A stretch of DNA of 64,000 nt from the human T2T-CHM13v2.0 reference genome, Homo sapiens, in assembly GCF_009914755.1 (NCBI RefSeq), contig NC_060928.1; one strand, given 5' to 3'. Below the pieces are notes generated by a model. The model saw only the letters and a program-made list of their open reading frames with translations, was not told the DNA's origin and ran no database searches. Shown one piece after another: positions 18,582 through 34,366 of the stretch. Every line of letters starts with the position of its first letter. The first letter of the stretch is position 1. A program made the translations under genes and the position numbers.

Positions 18582-19593
18582 TTACAATTTGGCATGTTTT
18601 TGCAGTGGCTGGTACCAGTTGTTCCTTTCCATGTTTAGTGCTTCCTTCAGGAGCTCTTGTAAGGCAGGCCTGGTGGTGACAAAATCTCTCAGCATTTGCT
18701 TGTCTGTAAAGGATTTTATTTCTCCTTCACTTATGAATCTTAGTTTGGCTGGATATGAAATTCTGGGTTGAAACTTCTTTTTTTTAAGAATGTTGAATAT
18801 TGGCCCCCACTCTCTTCTGGCTTGTAGAGTTTCTGCCGAGAGATCAGCTGTTAGTCTGATGGGCTTCCCTTTGTGGGTAACCCGACCTTTCTCTCTGGCT
18901 GCCCTTAACATTTTTTTCCTTCATTTCAACTTTGGTGAATCTGACTATTGTGTGTCTTGGAGATGCTCTTCTCGAGGAGTATCTTTGTGGCATTCTCTGT
19001 ATTTCCTGAATTTGAATGTTGCCCTGCCTTTCTAGATTGGGGAAGTTCTCCTGGATAATATCCTGCAGAGTGTTTTCCAACTTGGTTCCATTCTCCCCGT
19101 CACTTTCAGGTACACCAATCAGACGTAGATTTGGTCTTTTCACATAGTCCCTTATGTCTTGGAGGCTTCATTCATTTCTTTTTATTCTTTTTTCTCTAAA
19201 CTTCTCTTCTTGCTTCATTTCATTCATTTAATCTTCCATCATGGATACCCTTTCTTCCAGTTGATCGAATCGGCTACTGAAGCTTGTGCATTCATCACAT
19301 AGTTCTCGTGGCATGTTTTTCAGCTCCATCAGGTCCTTTAAGGACTTCTCTGCATTGGTTATTCTAGTTAGCCATTCATGTAATTTGTTTTCAAGGTTTT
19401 TAACTTCTTTGCCATGGGTTCGAACTTCCTCCTTTAGCTCAGAGTAGTTTGATCTTCTGAAGCCTTCTTCTCTCAGCTTGTCAAAGTCATTCCAGCTTTG
19501 TTCCATTGCTGATGAGGAGCTGTGTTCCTTTGGAGGAGGAGAGGCACTCTGATTTTTAGAGTTTCCAGTTTTTCTGCTCTGTTTTTTCCCCAT
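18582..19593 (-). pseudogene. L1 ORF1p, disrupted
   Basis: Fragments 19228..19593 (MGKKQSRKTGNSK), 18844..19143, 18582..18911 (..YQPLQKHAKL). Confidence 0.95.
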
Positions 19594-19718
19594 CTTTGTG
19601 GTTTTATCTACTTATGGTCTTTGATGATGGTGATGGACAGATGGGGTTTCGGTGTGGATGTCCTTTCTGTTAGTTTTCCTTCTAACAGTCAGGACCCTCA
19701 GCTGCAGGTCTGTTGGAG

Positions 19719-19846
19719 TTTGCTGGAGGTCCACTCCAGACCCTGTTTTCCTGGGTATCAGCAGCGGAGGCTGCAGAACAGTGGGTATTGGTGAACAGCA
19801 AATGTTGCTGCCTGATCGCTCCTCTGGAACTTTTGTCTCAGAGGAG
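19719..19846 (-). promoter_or_regulatory. ~129-bp L1 5' UTR segment containing the ZNF93 binding region (absent from younger L1PA)
   Basis: Extra block between (-strand) ..ggccgggta and ctccaacagacctgcagc; total element length ~6.14 kb fits the undeleted form. Confidence 0.75.
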
Positions 19847-20164
19847 TACCCGGCCATGTGAGGTGTCAGTCCACCCCTACTGGGGGGTGCCTCCCAGTTA
19901 GGCTACTTGGGGGTCAGGGACCCACCTGAAGAGGCAGTTTGTCAGTTCTCAGATCTCCAGCTGCGTGCTGGGAGAACCACTGCTCTCTTCAAAGCTGTCA
20001 GACAGGGACATTTAAGTCTGCAGAGATTTCTGCTGCCTTTTGTTTGGCTATGCCCTTCCCCCAGAGGTGGAGTCTACAGAGGCAGGCAGGCCTCCTTGAG
20101 CTGCAGTGGGCTCCACCCAGTTCGAGCTTCCTCGCCCCTTTGTTTACCTACTCAAGCCTTGGCA

Positions 20165-20428
20165 ATGGCAGATGCCCCTCCCCCAGCCTCACTGCCACCT
20201 TGCAGTTTGATCTCAGACTGCTGTGCTAGCAATAAGCTAGGCTTCATGGGCATAGGACCCTCCAAGCCATGTGCGGGATATAATCTCCTGGTGTGCCATT
20301 TGCTAAGACCATTGGAAAAGCACAGTATTAGGGTGGGAGTGACCCGATTTTCCAGGTGCCATCTGTCACCCCTTTCTTTGACTAGGAATGGGAGTTCCCT
20401 GACCCCTTGCACTTCCTGGATGAGGTGA
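20165..20428 (+). CDS. L1 antisense ORF0 homolog (87 aa, open)
   Basis: ATG at 20165 gives MADAPPPASLPPCSLISDCCASN...IRVGVTRFSRC, matching recalled primate ORF0. Confidence 0.7.
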   Translation: MADAPPPASLPPCSLISDCCASNKLGFMGIGPSKPCAGYNLLVCHLLRPLEKHSIRVGVTRFSRCHLSPLSLTRNGSSLTPCTSWMR

Positions 20429-20821
20429 TGCCTCGCCCTGCTTCGGCTCACGCTCGCTGTGCTGCACCCACTGTTCTGAATCCTCTGTCCGTCACTCCCC
20501 AGTGAGATGAACCCAGTACCTCAGTTGGAAATGCGGAAATCACCCGTCTTCTGCATCGCTCACGCTGGGAGTTGTAAACTGGAGCTGTTCCTATTCGGCC
20601 ATCTTGGCTCCACCCCCGGCAATATACATTCTTATCACAGTTTTCCTATAGTTAACATTGCGATTTTAATATTCACATAAAATGTAAGAATCTCTCAACA
20701 ATATAATTTCATTTACTTTTTTCCATCCTTCATGCTCCTGTTGTTATATATGTAACTACAATATTTATTATAATCTCTATAATGAAATGTTATTATTATT
20801 ACATTTTTTGCTCTAAAAAAG

Positions 20822-21045
20822 AAGGTCATCAAACTTCCCTTAAGTGCCAGGTAGTAAATATTTTAGGCTTTGATGTCCATATATGTCCTGAATGCATATT
20901 ATTATTTTTGGTTGTTGTTTTTGATTCATTCTTATATTTTGCTTTTGTAATCCTTTAAAAATTAAAAAAATTCTTAGTATCAGGCCATACAGATACAAGC
21001 CAAGAGCTGGATTTGGCCCATGGCCTATAGTGTGTTTGGCACTAT
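20822..21045. mobile_element. MER58-family hAT-Charlie MITE
   Basis: caaactt...gccaggtagtaaatattttaggcttt ... ggatttggcccatggcctatag. Confidence 0.75.
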
Positions 21046-21498
21046 TCCAAAAAGCCAGTTGTCTTTTAAAGAAATTATTGTAAGAAAAAATATAGGTTTT
21101 TATATCTGACCACATATTTACCATATTTAATTTTCTTTGTTTCTTCCTGCAGATGTGAATTTAGTCTGGCATCATTTCCCTGCAGCCTGAACAACTTCTT
21201 TTAACATTTATTATAGTGCAATCTCATGAATTTTCTCTGATTTTAGTTACATAAAAATGTTTTTTAAATTTTATCTCATAAATTCATAAGGCTATATTAA
21301 TATTATTATCTAAGAATTATGATTTTAATATATTCTTATTAAAGGATGTATTGCTGGATATGTAATTTAGGGTTGGCAGTTTTTTGTTTTCTTTCTTTCT
21401 GTCTTAAAGGTACTTTTTTATTGTCTACTGTCATATATTTTTTCCTATAAGAAATCAGTCATAATTATTTACCTTTAAACAAGGTTTCTTTTCTCACT

Positions 21499-22112
21499 TG
21501 TGGCATGCAGAGTACTAAAATTCTTCCTTGCCCCTGAAATTTGCCATATTTATTCTCAGGACTGTGAATATGATGAGATATCATGCCCTGACTTTGTTAC
21601 ATTACAGGGCAAAAGATATTAGTAATCTTGATGATGGTTACTAATCAGTTGACCTTAAGTTAATCAATCTGGGGATTGTCTGGGTAAGCCAAATGTAAAC
21701 ATGTGGAAGAGGAAGTCAGAGAGATTCAGTGTGAGAAGGAGTTGATGTGCCATTGTTGGTATTGACTATGGAAGGGACCACATGAAAAGAAATAGTGGTA
21801 ATTTCTAGGATCAGAGAGCAGCCTCTGAATGACAGGCCAAAAGGAAACAAGAATCTCAGACATGCAACCACAAGGGACTGGATTCTGCCAAAAACCTGAA
21901 TAAACTTGGAACAGAATTATTCCCCAAGAACTTCCAGATAAAATCTCAGTTCTGCCAATAACTTGATTTTGACCTCTTGAGACCGTCAGTAGTGAACCCA
22001 GCTGAGCCCACCCAGACTTCCAACCTAAAAAACTGTGAGATAATAAATGAGTATTGTTTTTAGGTTCCCATGTTTGTTGTAATTTGTTACATAGCAATAG
22101 AAAACTAATACA
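21499..22112 (+). mobile_element. MaLR solo LTR (MLT1E-like)
   Basis: tgtggcatgcag...ggactgtgaatatgatgagatatcatgcc...aactgtgagataataaat...gcaatagaaaactaataca. Confidence 0.85.
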
Positions 22113-23679
22113 GTCTATCAAGGCATTTCTCTTTATAATTGGTTTTGAGGAATTGGACTATGATGGCTCAAATGTGGTTTTCTTTTTGAGGCTTCACTAA
22201 ACATTTTGAATCTGTAGTTTTTGTTTTGTTAAAATTTGTGAAACTGTTAGCCATTATTTTTTTTAATCATTTTTTTTCCACCAGACTCCTCCTCTTCTCT
22301 TTGTAGGACTCCAGTTGTATGTATACTAGACTGCTTGATGCTTCACGGATACATAAGGCTTTTTTCTTTGTTCAGGCTTTTTCCTTTGTACTTTTCAGAT
22401 TTTAATATTTTTATTAGTCTCTTCAAATTTACTAATCATCTCTTCTGCTATCTGTAATCTATTGTTAATCCCATTCAATATTTTTTTTTATTTCAGATAT
22501 TGTACTTTGTAGTTATAGAATTTCCTTTTGGCTTTTTAACATTCTTTTACATTTATCTGTGGAGATTCCTCATTTGTTCACTCATTGTGTCCATATTTTT
22601 CTTTAAATCCTTGGACAAGTTTGTTAAAGATTTTTTCTGCAAATTTTAACTTCTGAGCCATCTTGTAGCCTGTTTGCATTGGCTTTTTCGTTGATTATGC
22701 ATCTCAATTTTCTCCTTTTTAAGCTGCATAATCTTTTAAAAAATTTATATTGTTTATTGTTAAAGATGCAGATTCTGGATTATTCTGTCTTCTTAAAGAA
22801 CATTCCATTTTATTCTGGAAGACAGTTAAATTATTGTTAGATTCTTTAGAGCTTCTCAGGCTAGGCTTATTGTTTGTTAAGATGGGATTCTTTAGGTTTT
22901 ATCCTTAGTTCTTAGTCCTAGAGTATGGCCCTTACTCAAAGGTGTGGTTTTTACTTGTAAGCATGGCTTTTCTGGGATATAAACTGAATGAAGAAAGATC
23001 TCAGTATAGTTTACTGTGGTTTGGCTGGAGCACCAGTATCTCTTAGGTTTGCATTATCTGTGCTAACTCTTCTATCCATTATAGCTCTGCTATCCCTGTT
23101 CAGCTCTCAGACTCACAGAAGCTACTTTCTATGAGGCCTCAGATTGTCTAGGCTTGTGTATGCACAGCCAAGCCATTGGCCAAAACCCATAGAGATGCCT
23201 CACAGGGATTTGGGCCACCCTTTGCATAGCTCCCTACATTCTGGTACCCTGCCCCACACTATGGCACTTCATTATGTCTGAACTCTGATCATTGCTCCAC
23301 CCTTCTTTCTTTATACTACCCCTCCAGAAATTACTCTCAAGCAAAAATGCCAGAAAATATGGAGCTCAGTTCATGTGGTTTCCTTCTCTAAAGCATTACA
23401 GTCTTGGGCTGCCAATTTCATATAGTTTTTCTAGTGATATAGTTACTTTTGGTGGGGAGGCAAGTCTGGTACCAGTTACCACATCATGATTAGAAGCAGA
23501 AATTCTAATATTTGTTTCAATGGGATTTTAACCTTCTCAGAACATTGCATTATTTTCCCTATAAACAAAGGAGTATCCAAGATATAGGTCATGGAGTTAC
23601 ACAGCTATTAAACAGCATCTGTAAATAAATATGTATACCAAGAGTTATTGAGTGACCAAATAAATAAAATTTCTCACTC

Positions 23680-24012
23680 ATTTGTCAGGTGTCTTCAGTA
23701 TGAAGCTACTCTTTTCCCCTCCTTACCATTCTGTACTCTGGAAAGAAATCAGTATATGCAGCCCACACTTAAGGAGTGTGGAGTTATGCTTCACCTTCTT
23801 GGGGGTGGTTTATCTACATAAATTATTCAGTCATTCTGCATGGGAAATTTGTCTCTTCTCCTACATTTAATTTTATATTAAATCATTTATTAATATGAAT
23901 GTAGATTCATGGATATTTAAGTTTGGATTATAATATAATATATTTTATTTTATTGCTCAATTTGCTTCATCTTTGGCCATTAGCAGTTCCTTCAGTTGGC
24001 TTCTCTGTTCCA

Positions 24013-24051
<39 letters not shown>

Positions 24052-25140
24052 TGTTTTTAGTACTTTCTTATTTTCTGACACTAAAAGATGCAATGCTCCA
24101 GGCTCAACTTGCTCCAGCTTTGGCCATTGGAACTCTTTCAGTTGGCTCCTGTCTCCCAGCATTGAATGTGTGTGTGTGATGAGTTCTTACTTTCTGACTT
24201 CTGACTTCTTACTACAATATGCTCTAGGCTCATCTTATATATTCCCTTCCCTAGTACTACAGTTAGCTATTTCTCAAAGAAGATCTTTTTATTGGAGAAT
24301 GGTATTAGAAACCAAAATCTGGGCTCTAAGTGTGCTCATTGCTACTGTATTGTTTCCAGACCATCTTACCTGACAGAAAAAGAAAATATACGTGTGTACA
24401 CTAACACTTGTATAAATGTACATGTATAAATACTTCTATATGCAACCATATGTGTGTATATTAAACTAAAAATGATTTCATATTGATATCTTCAACTCTA
24501 ATTTATTGCCACATGGATCATTCTCCCTCTTCCCCTTGCCTATCTGTAAATTTCCCCCCACAGTAAGATACCTGGTTCCCACTACCTGCCATTTACATAA
24601 TTGTTCAATTTCATTGTACATGTATAGCAGTAGTAGAATGGTTAACCCATACTTCCAAGCCAAACAACTTTTTAAACTGGAATATTGTGCTTACATACAG
24701 TTTTTCTTGTCTTCAGTTTTATACATTCGTCTTATTTCCAAAGTTATTTTGATCAGCACTTTCTCACCTATTTCCTCCAGAGTGGTTGTTTCATACATTT
24801 GTAATAAAGTTAGATGTTCTGTCACATTCTCAGATCACTCCACCTCTTAAATTATTTTTCAATTACATACATTAATTCACTATTTGTGGGGTGAAATTCT
24901 ATAGTACTTGCCTTGTGCCAAGTACTCACCATTATAGCATCATAATAGTTTCACAGCCCCGCAAAATCCCCTGCGCTTCACCTATTCAGCCTTCCTTCTC
25001 TCTCCCTAAATACCTGGTAACCATTGATCTTTCTATAGCCTCCATAATTTTGCCCTTTCCAGGATGTATATAAATAGAATCATATAATATGGAGCCTCTC
25101 ACTTAGCAACATGTATTTAAAATTCTACATGTTTTATTAT
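23680..25140 (-). mobile_element. Ancient L1MC 3' region
   Basis: cagcccacacttaaggagtg..gagttatgct and ttttattggagaatggtattagaaaccaa are L1MC 3' UTR motifs. Confidence 0.75.
24015..24050. repeat. (TG)18 microsatellite
   Basis: Seen directly. Confidence 0.95.
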
Positions 25141-25836
25141 ATCACCCATTTTTAATGTATGTAGGTATAATAGACCATTGAAACGCAAATTTAGTTTAAA
25201 ATGTGCCTGAATTTGTTGTGGGTTTTAAAAATATTTGTAATCAGTGAATACTAAAAGTTTAACTACTATCATGTAGTGATCAATATTTTTTTAAATATTT
25301 ACTTTAAAATAAGGCCTTTATATTTGAAAAGGCTGAAGAACATGGCTATAGTACATCAGCAGCTGTTGTTTCTTTCCCTAGTTAGTTAAGGCCTAATTTA
25401 TTAACTAGATTTCTGAGGAATTTTCAAATTTAAGATGCAAGCAATCAACTGTAGCAGTTATGACAATATGGGTTTTATGATATTATTTCCTGGTTTTTGT
25501 AGATTATCCATTTTTGCATTTTCCACCGGCCCAATACAGTGGAAGTCATATGGCTCTGGATCTAACAGTTCCCAGTTGTGTGGTCTTTAAAGAAGGCAAT
25601 TACTCATTCTTAGCATCAGTTTTCTCACTAAATAATAACAAAGCAGGTATTATCAGAGCACATAAAAGGTAATGGGAGGGAGTCAGAATAAACTAACAAC
25701 TGACACACAAAGAACAAATATAGATGAAGAGGTGAGTATCAGCAACAGGTGTGTTTGAGAAAGCTTGAAACAAGGGTGGCAGGAATTCAGAGGATTGGCG
25801 CAAATGCAGCTTGTGATTCTCCAACAATCTCTTATA

Positions 25837-25910
25837 TTAGGTTGGTGCAAAAGTGATTGTGGTTTGCTATTCAGTTGGCAAAAACCAAAATTACTTTTGC
25901 ACCAAACTAA
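25837..25910. mobile_element. MADE1 (Hsmar1-derived mariner MITE)
   Basis: ttaggttggtgcaaaagtgatt...aattacttttgcaccaaactaa inverted repeats flanked by TA on both sides. Confidence 0.92.
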
Positions 25911-27039
25911 TAGTTTGAAGTTCAGTTTTAACTGGATGTTGCTTAAGTATGAAATCCTTCAAAACATTCTTATCTCTATATTGGTGCTCACTACTCAGGA
26001 GTTAGTTGATGTTTTTTGTTTGAGAAACACATGATGTAAACAAAGGGACACTGGGCATGTACTCATTTCTTGATTGAGTCCTTGCCTTCCCATATAATTG
26101 TTCTGTGGCTTATTCAGTTTCTTTCATGTCATTAATGTTCAATTTTTTCATCAGTGAATTGGGAATAATATCTACTTCATAGGGTATCATAAAGTTAAGA
26201 GAGAACTGGGGAAAAGACTTTTGTGAACTCTAAAGAATCTAGCATTTTTATCTACCTGCTTTCCCTCTAGGTAAAGGGGAAGTGGAATGGTTTGAGGAAA
26301 TAGTATTTGAAAAGGGAGAGTGATAACTACATACAGGCAAATATCCAGGTAAGAGTAACAGATTAAATTATTGAGATATGTGCATGTGGGTGGGTATGTG
26401 TGGATTGTGGGTGATGTCTGTAATGAGAATTTATACAATTAGAAAAATCTAGATCATTGATTTAATTTTTACTGTTCAAAATTTTGGCACTGCCCACAGT
26501 AGAAGTCAGAGAGATAATTTAGTATCATTCATCAAATTAAAGATGACTATTAATTTATCTCTCAGCCCATCATTTATTAAACCATAACAATTACCACTTA
26601 TTTTAACCTTTTACCATATATTTCATATTGAAATTCTTTGATATTTCTATAAGACTTCCCAGTTTTATGAATTCCTCCAATCATTTGGAATCTTAAATTA
26701 GCTTGTCTCATAGTCTATTAAAAAGAAGATGTGTTCATTGATAATGGTATATGCAGTTGGGATTTAAAATGATTGTAAACAGCTGAAATGCATTTTATTT
26801 TGGAAAAAGTTATGAAACTAGTCAGTCCAACACTGTTGATCAGTTTTGATTAAAATAGAAAATAGGATGAGAAATTAAGATGTTCTAAATTATCTTTTTG
26901 AAGGATAATAAAATGTTTTGAACAATTATGTCTCAGAGGGTTATCCTGGTAAAGAGTAAAAACACAGGACTTTGAGATAAAGAGATGAGTGCTTCCCTGG
27001 TATCTGAGCAAGAAAGGCCCCTGCTGTAGGCCTCCATAT

Positions 27040-27518
27040 TTTGCAAGCTCCAACTCTAACCTTACTCTCTCTATCTATGGTTAGTTGTCTTCAGGGCCAG
27101 TGGTGTGTGTCCATCCAGAGGCAGCACCCATCTCACTCACCACTACCACTAGACCATTCTCTGGGTAATGGGTATCTTGAAATACACTTAAGAAATACAC
27201 TTAAGAGTCATGAATCAGCTTGTTGACCTGGGAAGACCTCTTTCCTGGACCTAGGAGCCCAAAGGGTGGCCAAGAGAGTGAGGGAAGTAGAGAGATGGGA
27301 CTCAGACATGCCTAGACTGCTAGCTGCATTGTCTACACGTATGTCTGTGAGGCCTAGAGTGGAATGAGTTGGAGCCAGGGGTGGAAAAATATGGTAGGCT
27401 GCAGAGCAGAGGCTGGGTACCAGGGGCTGGCTCTCTGCATGCACTTTAAGGAGTCTAAAGACTTGCTTCAAACCTAGCCTTCCACATCATAATGATGTAT
27501 GTTTGTCAAAGTAGGAGT
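27040..27518 (-). mobile_element. hAT-Tip100 DNA transposon (MER115/Zaphod-like), left part
   Basis: ctagccttccacatcataatgatgtatgtttgtcaaagtaggag continues after the ERV as acagaacatattttatttaacag. Left boundary uncertain. Confidence 0.6.
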
Positions 27519-28484
<966 letters not shown>

Positions 28485-28488
28485 AAAA

Positions 28489-28506
28489 TGGTGACTCAGA
28501 TGGCAT
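28489..28506 (+). promoter_or_regulatory. Primer binding site, tRNA-Arg-like
   Basis: TGGTGACTCAGATGGCAT just after the LTR; 14/18 match to TGGCGACCCAGATGGGAC, the complement of the recalled tRNA-Arg(CCG) 3' end. Confidence 0.65.
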
Positions 28507-29366
28507 CCAAAGTAGGCCCTTTCCTTTGACTCCTGTTGCTTCGTTAATCAGCACCTGGTACCTGCAGAACTGTTTCTGTCCAACTGTCTTTCACCAGAGT
28601 TTATGGGAGCTCTTGGTGGAGCCCCTCTCTGGTTTTTAATGTCCCTGGCTTAGGTGAGATCCAGACTTCATTCAAGCAACCTGATTCTATGCTCAACAGG
28701 GCTGGAATTGAAGCTCTACTGCTTTAAGAAAGGAATTTTGTTTGTTATTTCTCTGGAGATGCTGCTGTTAGCAGGTTTGTGGTTTCAGTTTTCTTTGAGG
28801 TTAAGATTTTGTTCACTTTACTTGCTAAAATTTGCAACATTTTCTTTCTTTCAAAACCTGGTTAAAGATAAAGCTGTTTCTCTTTAGTAGGAGGGAATAA
28901 ATGTCTCTGGCATAAGCAAGAATGAAAGTTTCAAACTAGCCAGGTTTTGAAGCTTGGTTCAACTTGGCATATTTAAATTCTTCTTTTGAGTGACTGAAAA
29001 TCTATTTAAAAAAAAAACCTTTATGAGAATGTGATAAGTGCCAAAGATGAAAGGACAGTGATTCTCCTGGGCAGAAAACACCTTAGGTGACTAAGGTCTT
29101 GTGAGAGTGTCAGAGTTTATAGCTCCTGACAAGCATTGGTCCCCTAGGGAATCCCCGAAGAAGGACATATAGGAAGATACTCCACAAAAAGGGCTAATCT
29201 CCCAGTGCTTTTAGTGCCCAGAATTCCTGGGTTTCAACACAACATATAGGAGGGGAGAATCAACCCAAGGGTGACACTTTGGAGAGCTATTCCCAAAAGC
29301 GGTACATTTAATGCAAAATATCTTTCCCTTTCAGCTTTGTGGTCACTTAAAAAGAGAATACAAATT

Positions 29367-30445
29367 ACAGGCAATCAGCCATCTAAAGCCAAGTCTTCCT
29401 TAACAAGAGATCTGCCTTTGCAAACTCCAGCTAGATTCATATGCAATACTTATGATGTCACCTCTTGTAATTATTTTTTAAAATGGTCTCATATAACCTG
29501 TGATGAACCTAAATTACAATAGCCAAGTTGAGGTACCTTTGAAATACCTAAAGTATTAATAACTTACTTGCATGCTTAATTAGAAAAAGCTGGCTCTAAG
29601 ATAAAACAAAATAATTGTGAGAGTTATTTCCAATGGTATTTGGAAGCATCCAAAGAAGGTTCTAATAAAGTTACTTCTTTGTGGAGGAAAAATGAAAGAT
29701 TGTTTAAAACAATTTCTGCACTTTAAAAGTTTCTGGAAGCTTCTACTCCTCCCTTAGAAGCTTCCCCTCCCCATCCTCACTTCCCCTTTCTCTTTACCCT
29801 TTACCATCTGAATTACTTTACCCTCAACAGCCTTCCTTTCGTCCTCCCCTGCCTCTGCTGTTCTGGCTCAGTTTCATGAACAGCCAATGCCTGGTAGTGG
29901 GGCAAGAAGGGACCTGCCTTACTTTATCAACCATGGTCAAAGGTAGAATTTGAAGGCATAGTTAAGGAATTTCCTGACATTCATCAGGATTCTATTGGCT
30001 TTGCTAAACAATTTTAACTAAGTATTCAAGCTTATGATCCTGACTATTTGAATTTATATCAACTAGTTCACATGTTAGTTTTAGAAAGTAAGACTAAAGA
30101 TTGGACAGATAAGGCCCCCTGGAGAAATCTCCTAGAAGATTTCCATAAATGTTCAGAAGAATACCACAGGAGTGCTTGTGAAACTGCAAAGGTTTTGCTT
30201 ACAGCCCTGCCTTTAGTCTTCTAAAAGGTAGTTGACTGGCATAAAATACAACAATGTTGACAAAATCCAGATGAGTTGGTAATGTCATATTTTGAAAGCT
30301 TTGAAAAGGTGTTTACACAATATTCAGGCTTATCTGAGGCAAGTTATGCTAATCGTCAGAATGATTAACTCCTCAATTCTAGCTTTATAAATGAGCTAGA
30401 TGAAGAATTAGCACTAATAATAAAGAGAAAATGAACTACTTGAGC
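29367..30445 (+). pseudogene. gag: ERV gag remnant (MA-CA), truncated
   Basis: GNQPSK...TPARFICNTY...KWSHIT, proline-rich spacer, PWSK.E..GIVKEFPD...LYQLVHMLV; many stops. Confidence 0.75.
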
Positions 30446-30446
30446 C

Positions 30447-32684
<2,238 letters not shown>

Positions 32685-32749
32685 TTAGAAAGCTGACATC
32701 AGGGTCAGCTTTCCCAAGGCCCTGAATTAGACCTGTATTTAAAAGAATG

Positions 32750-34145
32750 CTTAATGGTATCAATTGATAATAGATGGGAAAGGTTCTCTTTTACAAGCTC
32801 CCGCTAAACTTCTTTCTTTTCATCCTAGTTGTTATGTCTTGGTACTACCATCACTAGCTGTTTTCCATAAAGCAAACCTCTTTTGTAGTGGGTTCAAGAC
32901 TATACTAGTAGATTACAAAAGGATGCTTGGTGGGTCTGCAGCCTCATGCCCCTGTCCAGTAATTCTGGCCTTCTATGGTAGGTATCTCCTTTCCAAGGAT
33001 GAGATTGGATAGAATATCAGAAATATATTTGTGTTTCTCAAAAAGTCATTGGTGCTTAACACTAGTATGGCTAAAGATAATGTACATCACAGGCCTATAA
33101 ATAATACAGAATAAAGTGCATGGGAAGAGTTTCTCAGTAGAAGATATAGTTTATTAGCTTTAACACTGATGCTTCCCCAGTTGAGAAATAAGATAACTCA
33201 ATGTCAAGATGGTATAACACAAATTTGGGATGTTTTTATCTGGCTTACCCTCTCCTTTGGTCAGCATAAGTCAACTAACCTCTTAATGTTGGGAAAAAAG
33301 AAATCATACCAAAGATACCTGGTCCAATTGCACCAGAGATATAGATCCCCAAAACATGGTGTATCCACACCATTATATTACAAAGTACTGATTGACATGC
33401 CACTGAAAGGACACAATGACTATTTACTGATTAGTTCCAAGTGAAACATCTTGGCTGTGTGGCAGTAACCTATGGCCAAGATTACTCTCAGATGGTTTAG
33501 AGGATGTTCCTTGGGTTATGCTTGGGCACAAAGTTGACATACACTATAAAAACTTGCAAATTTTCCTCATTTACAATCTTGTTGGGTTCATTCTGTGTTC
33601 CATTGCTATGATTTTTAGCTTCCATTTTTGTACCACAACTGGATTTTGATTATGTCATTTGGCATGGAGAGGTCTTAACCAATTATACACAAAACCCTAA
33701 ATGATGGGCACATGGGTATTTCATTATTAAACAGGGAAGTTATTCTTATGAGAAAGGCTGTATTACAGAACTGTATGGCTTTAGACATAGTCACTGCAGC
33801 CCAAGAGGGAACTTGCCTTATCATAAAAACTGAACTTTATGTCTATATCCCAGATAAATCAAATAATACCACTAAATTAATGACTGGTATGAAAACCCAA
33901 ATAACCAAACTTTCATACCTAAAATCTTCTCTAAACACTCCCTAGGTCGCTAAATTGGATCCTAAGGAAATTGGTGGCAAAATCTGTTACTTATTCTAGG
34001 AATTATAATTGCATGTTGTGTTTTGGCCTGTTTGTGTCAACACTGTTGTTACAGCATTTGTTTACAATGGAACCAATGCATGACTGAAAAGACTAAAATA
34101 ATGGTTTCCCAAAGAATTGCATTCATTGAATATATAGCTGTTTAG
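32750..34145 (+). pseudogene. env: ERV env remnant (gamma-type TM)
   Basis: ORF 33712..33945 contains the ISD LQNCMALDIVTAAQEGTC and a degenerate CX6CC (CLIIKTELYVYIPD); hydrophobic anchor LLLILGIIIACCVLACLC at ~33985-34040. Confidence 0.85.
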
Positions 34146-34366
34146 CCTCACTCAGGCCACAGAGTTACTTCCTTCATGTTGCTTTAAATTCAGCCTAAAG
34201 TCCATCAGCTTCATATCTTGTCCAGTCATCTCTTGCCATGGGACATGATATCCTAGCAATGAGGCTTCCTAGTAAAGTGAGACTCAAATTCTGAACATAA
34301 AAGAAGTCAAACCATTGAATTCATCTACGATAGTCTCTTCAAAAGATCTTGATGAATGGGAAAAAC

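Noticed and set aside
33712-33945. Domesticated (syncytin-like) env gene
   Set aside because: Env is broken into short frames and the CX6CC motif is mutated.
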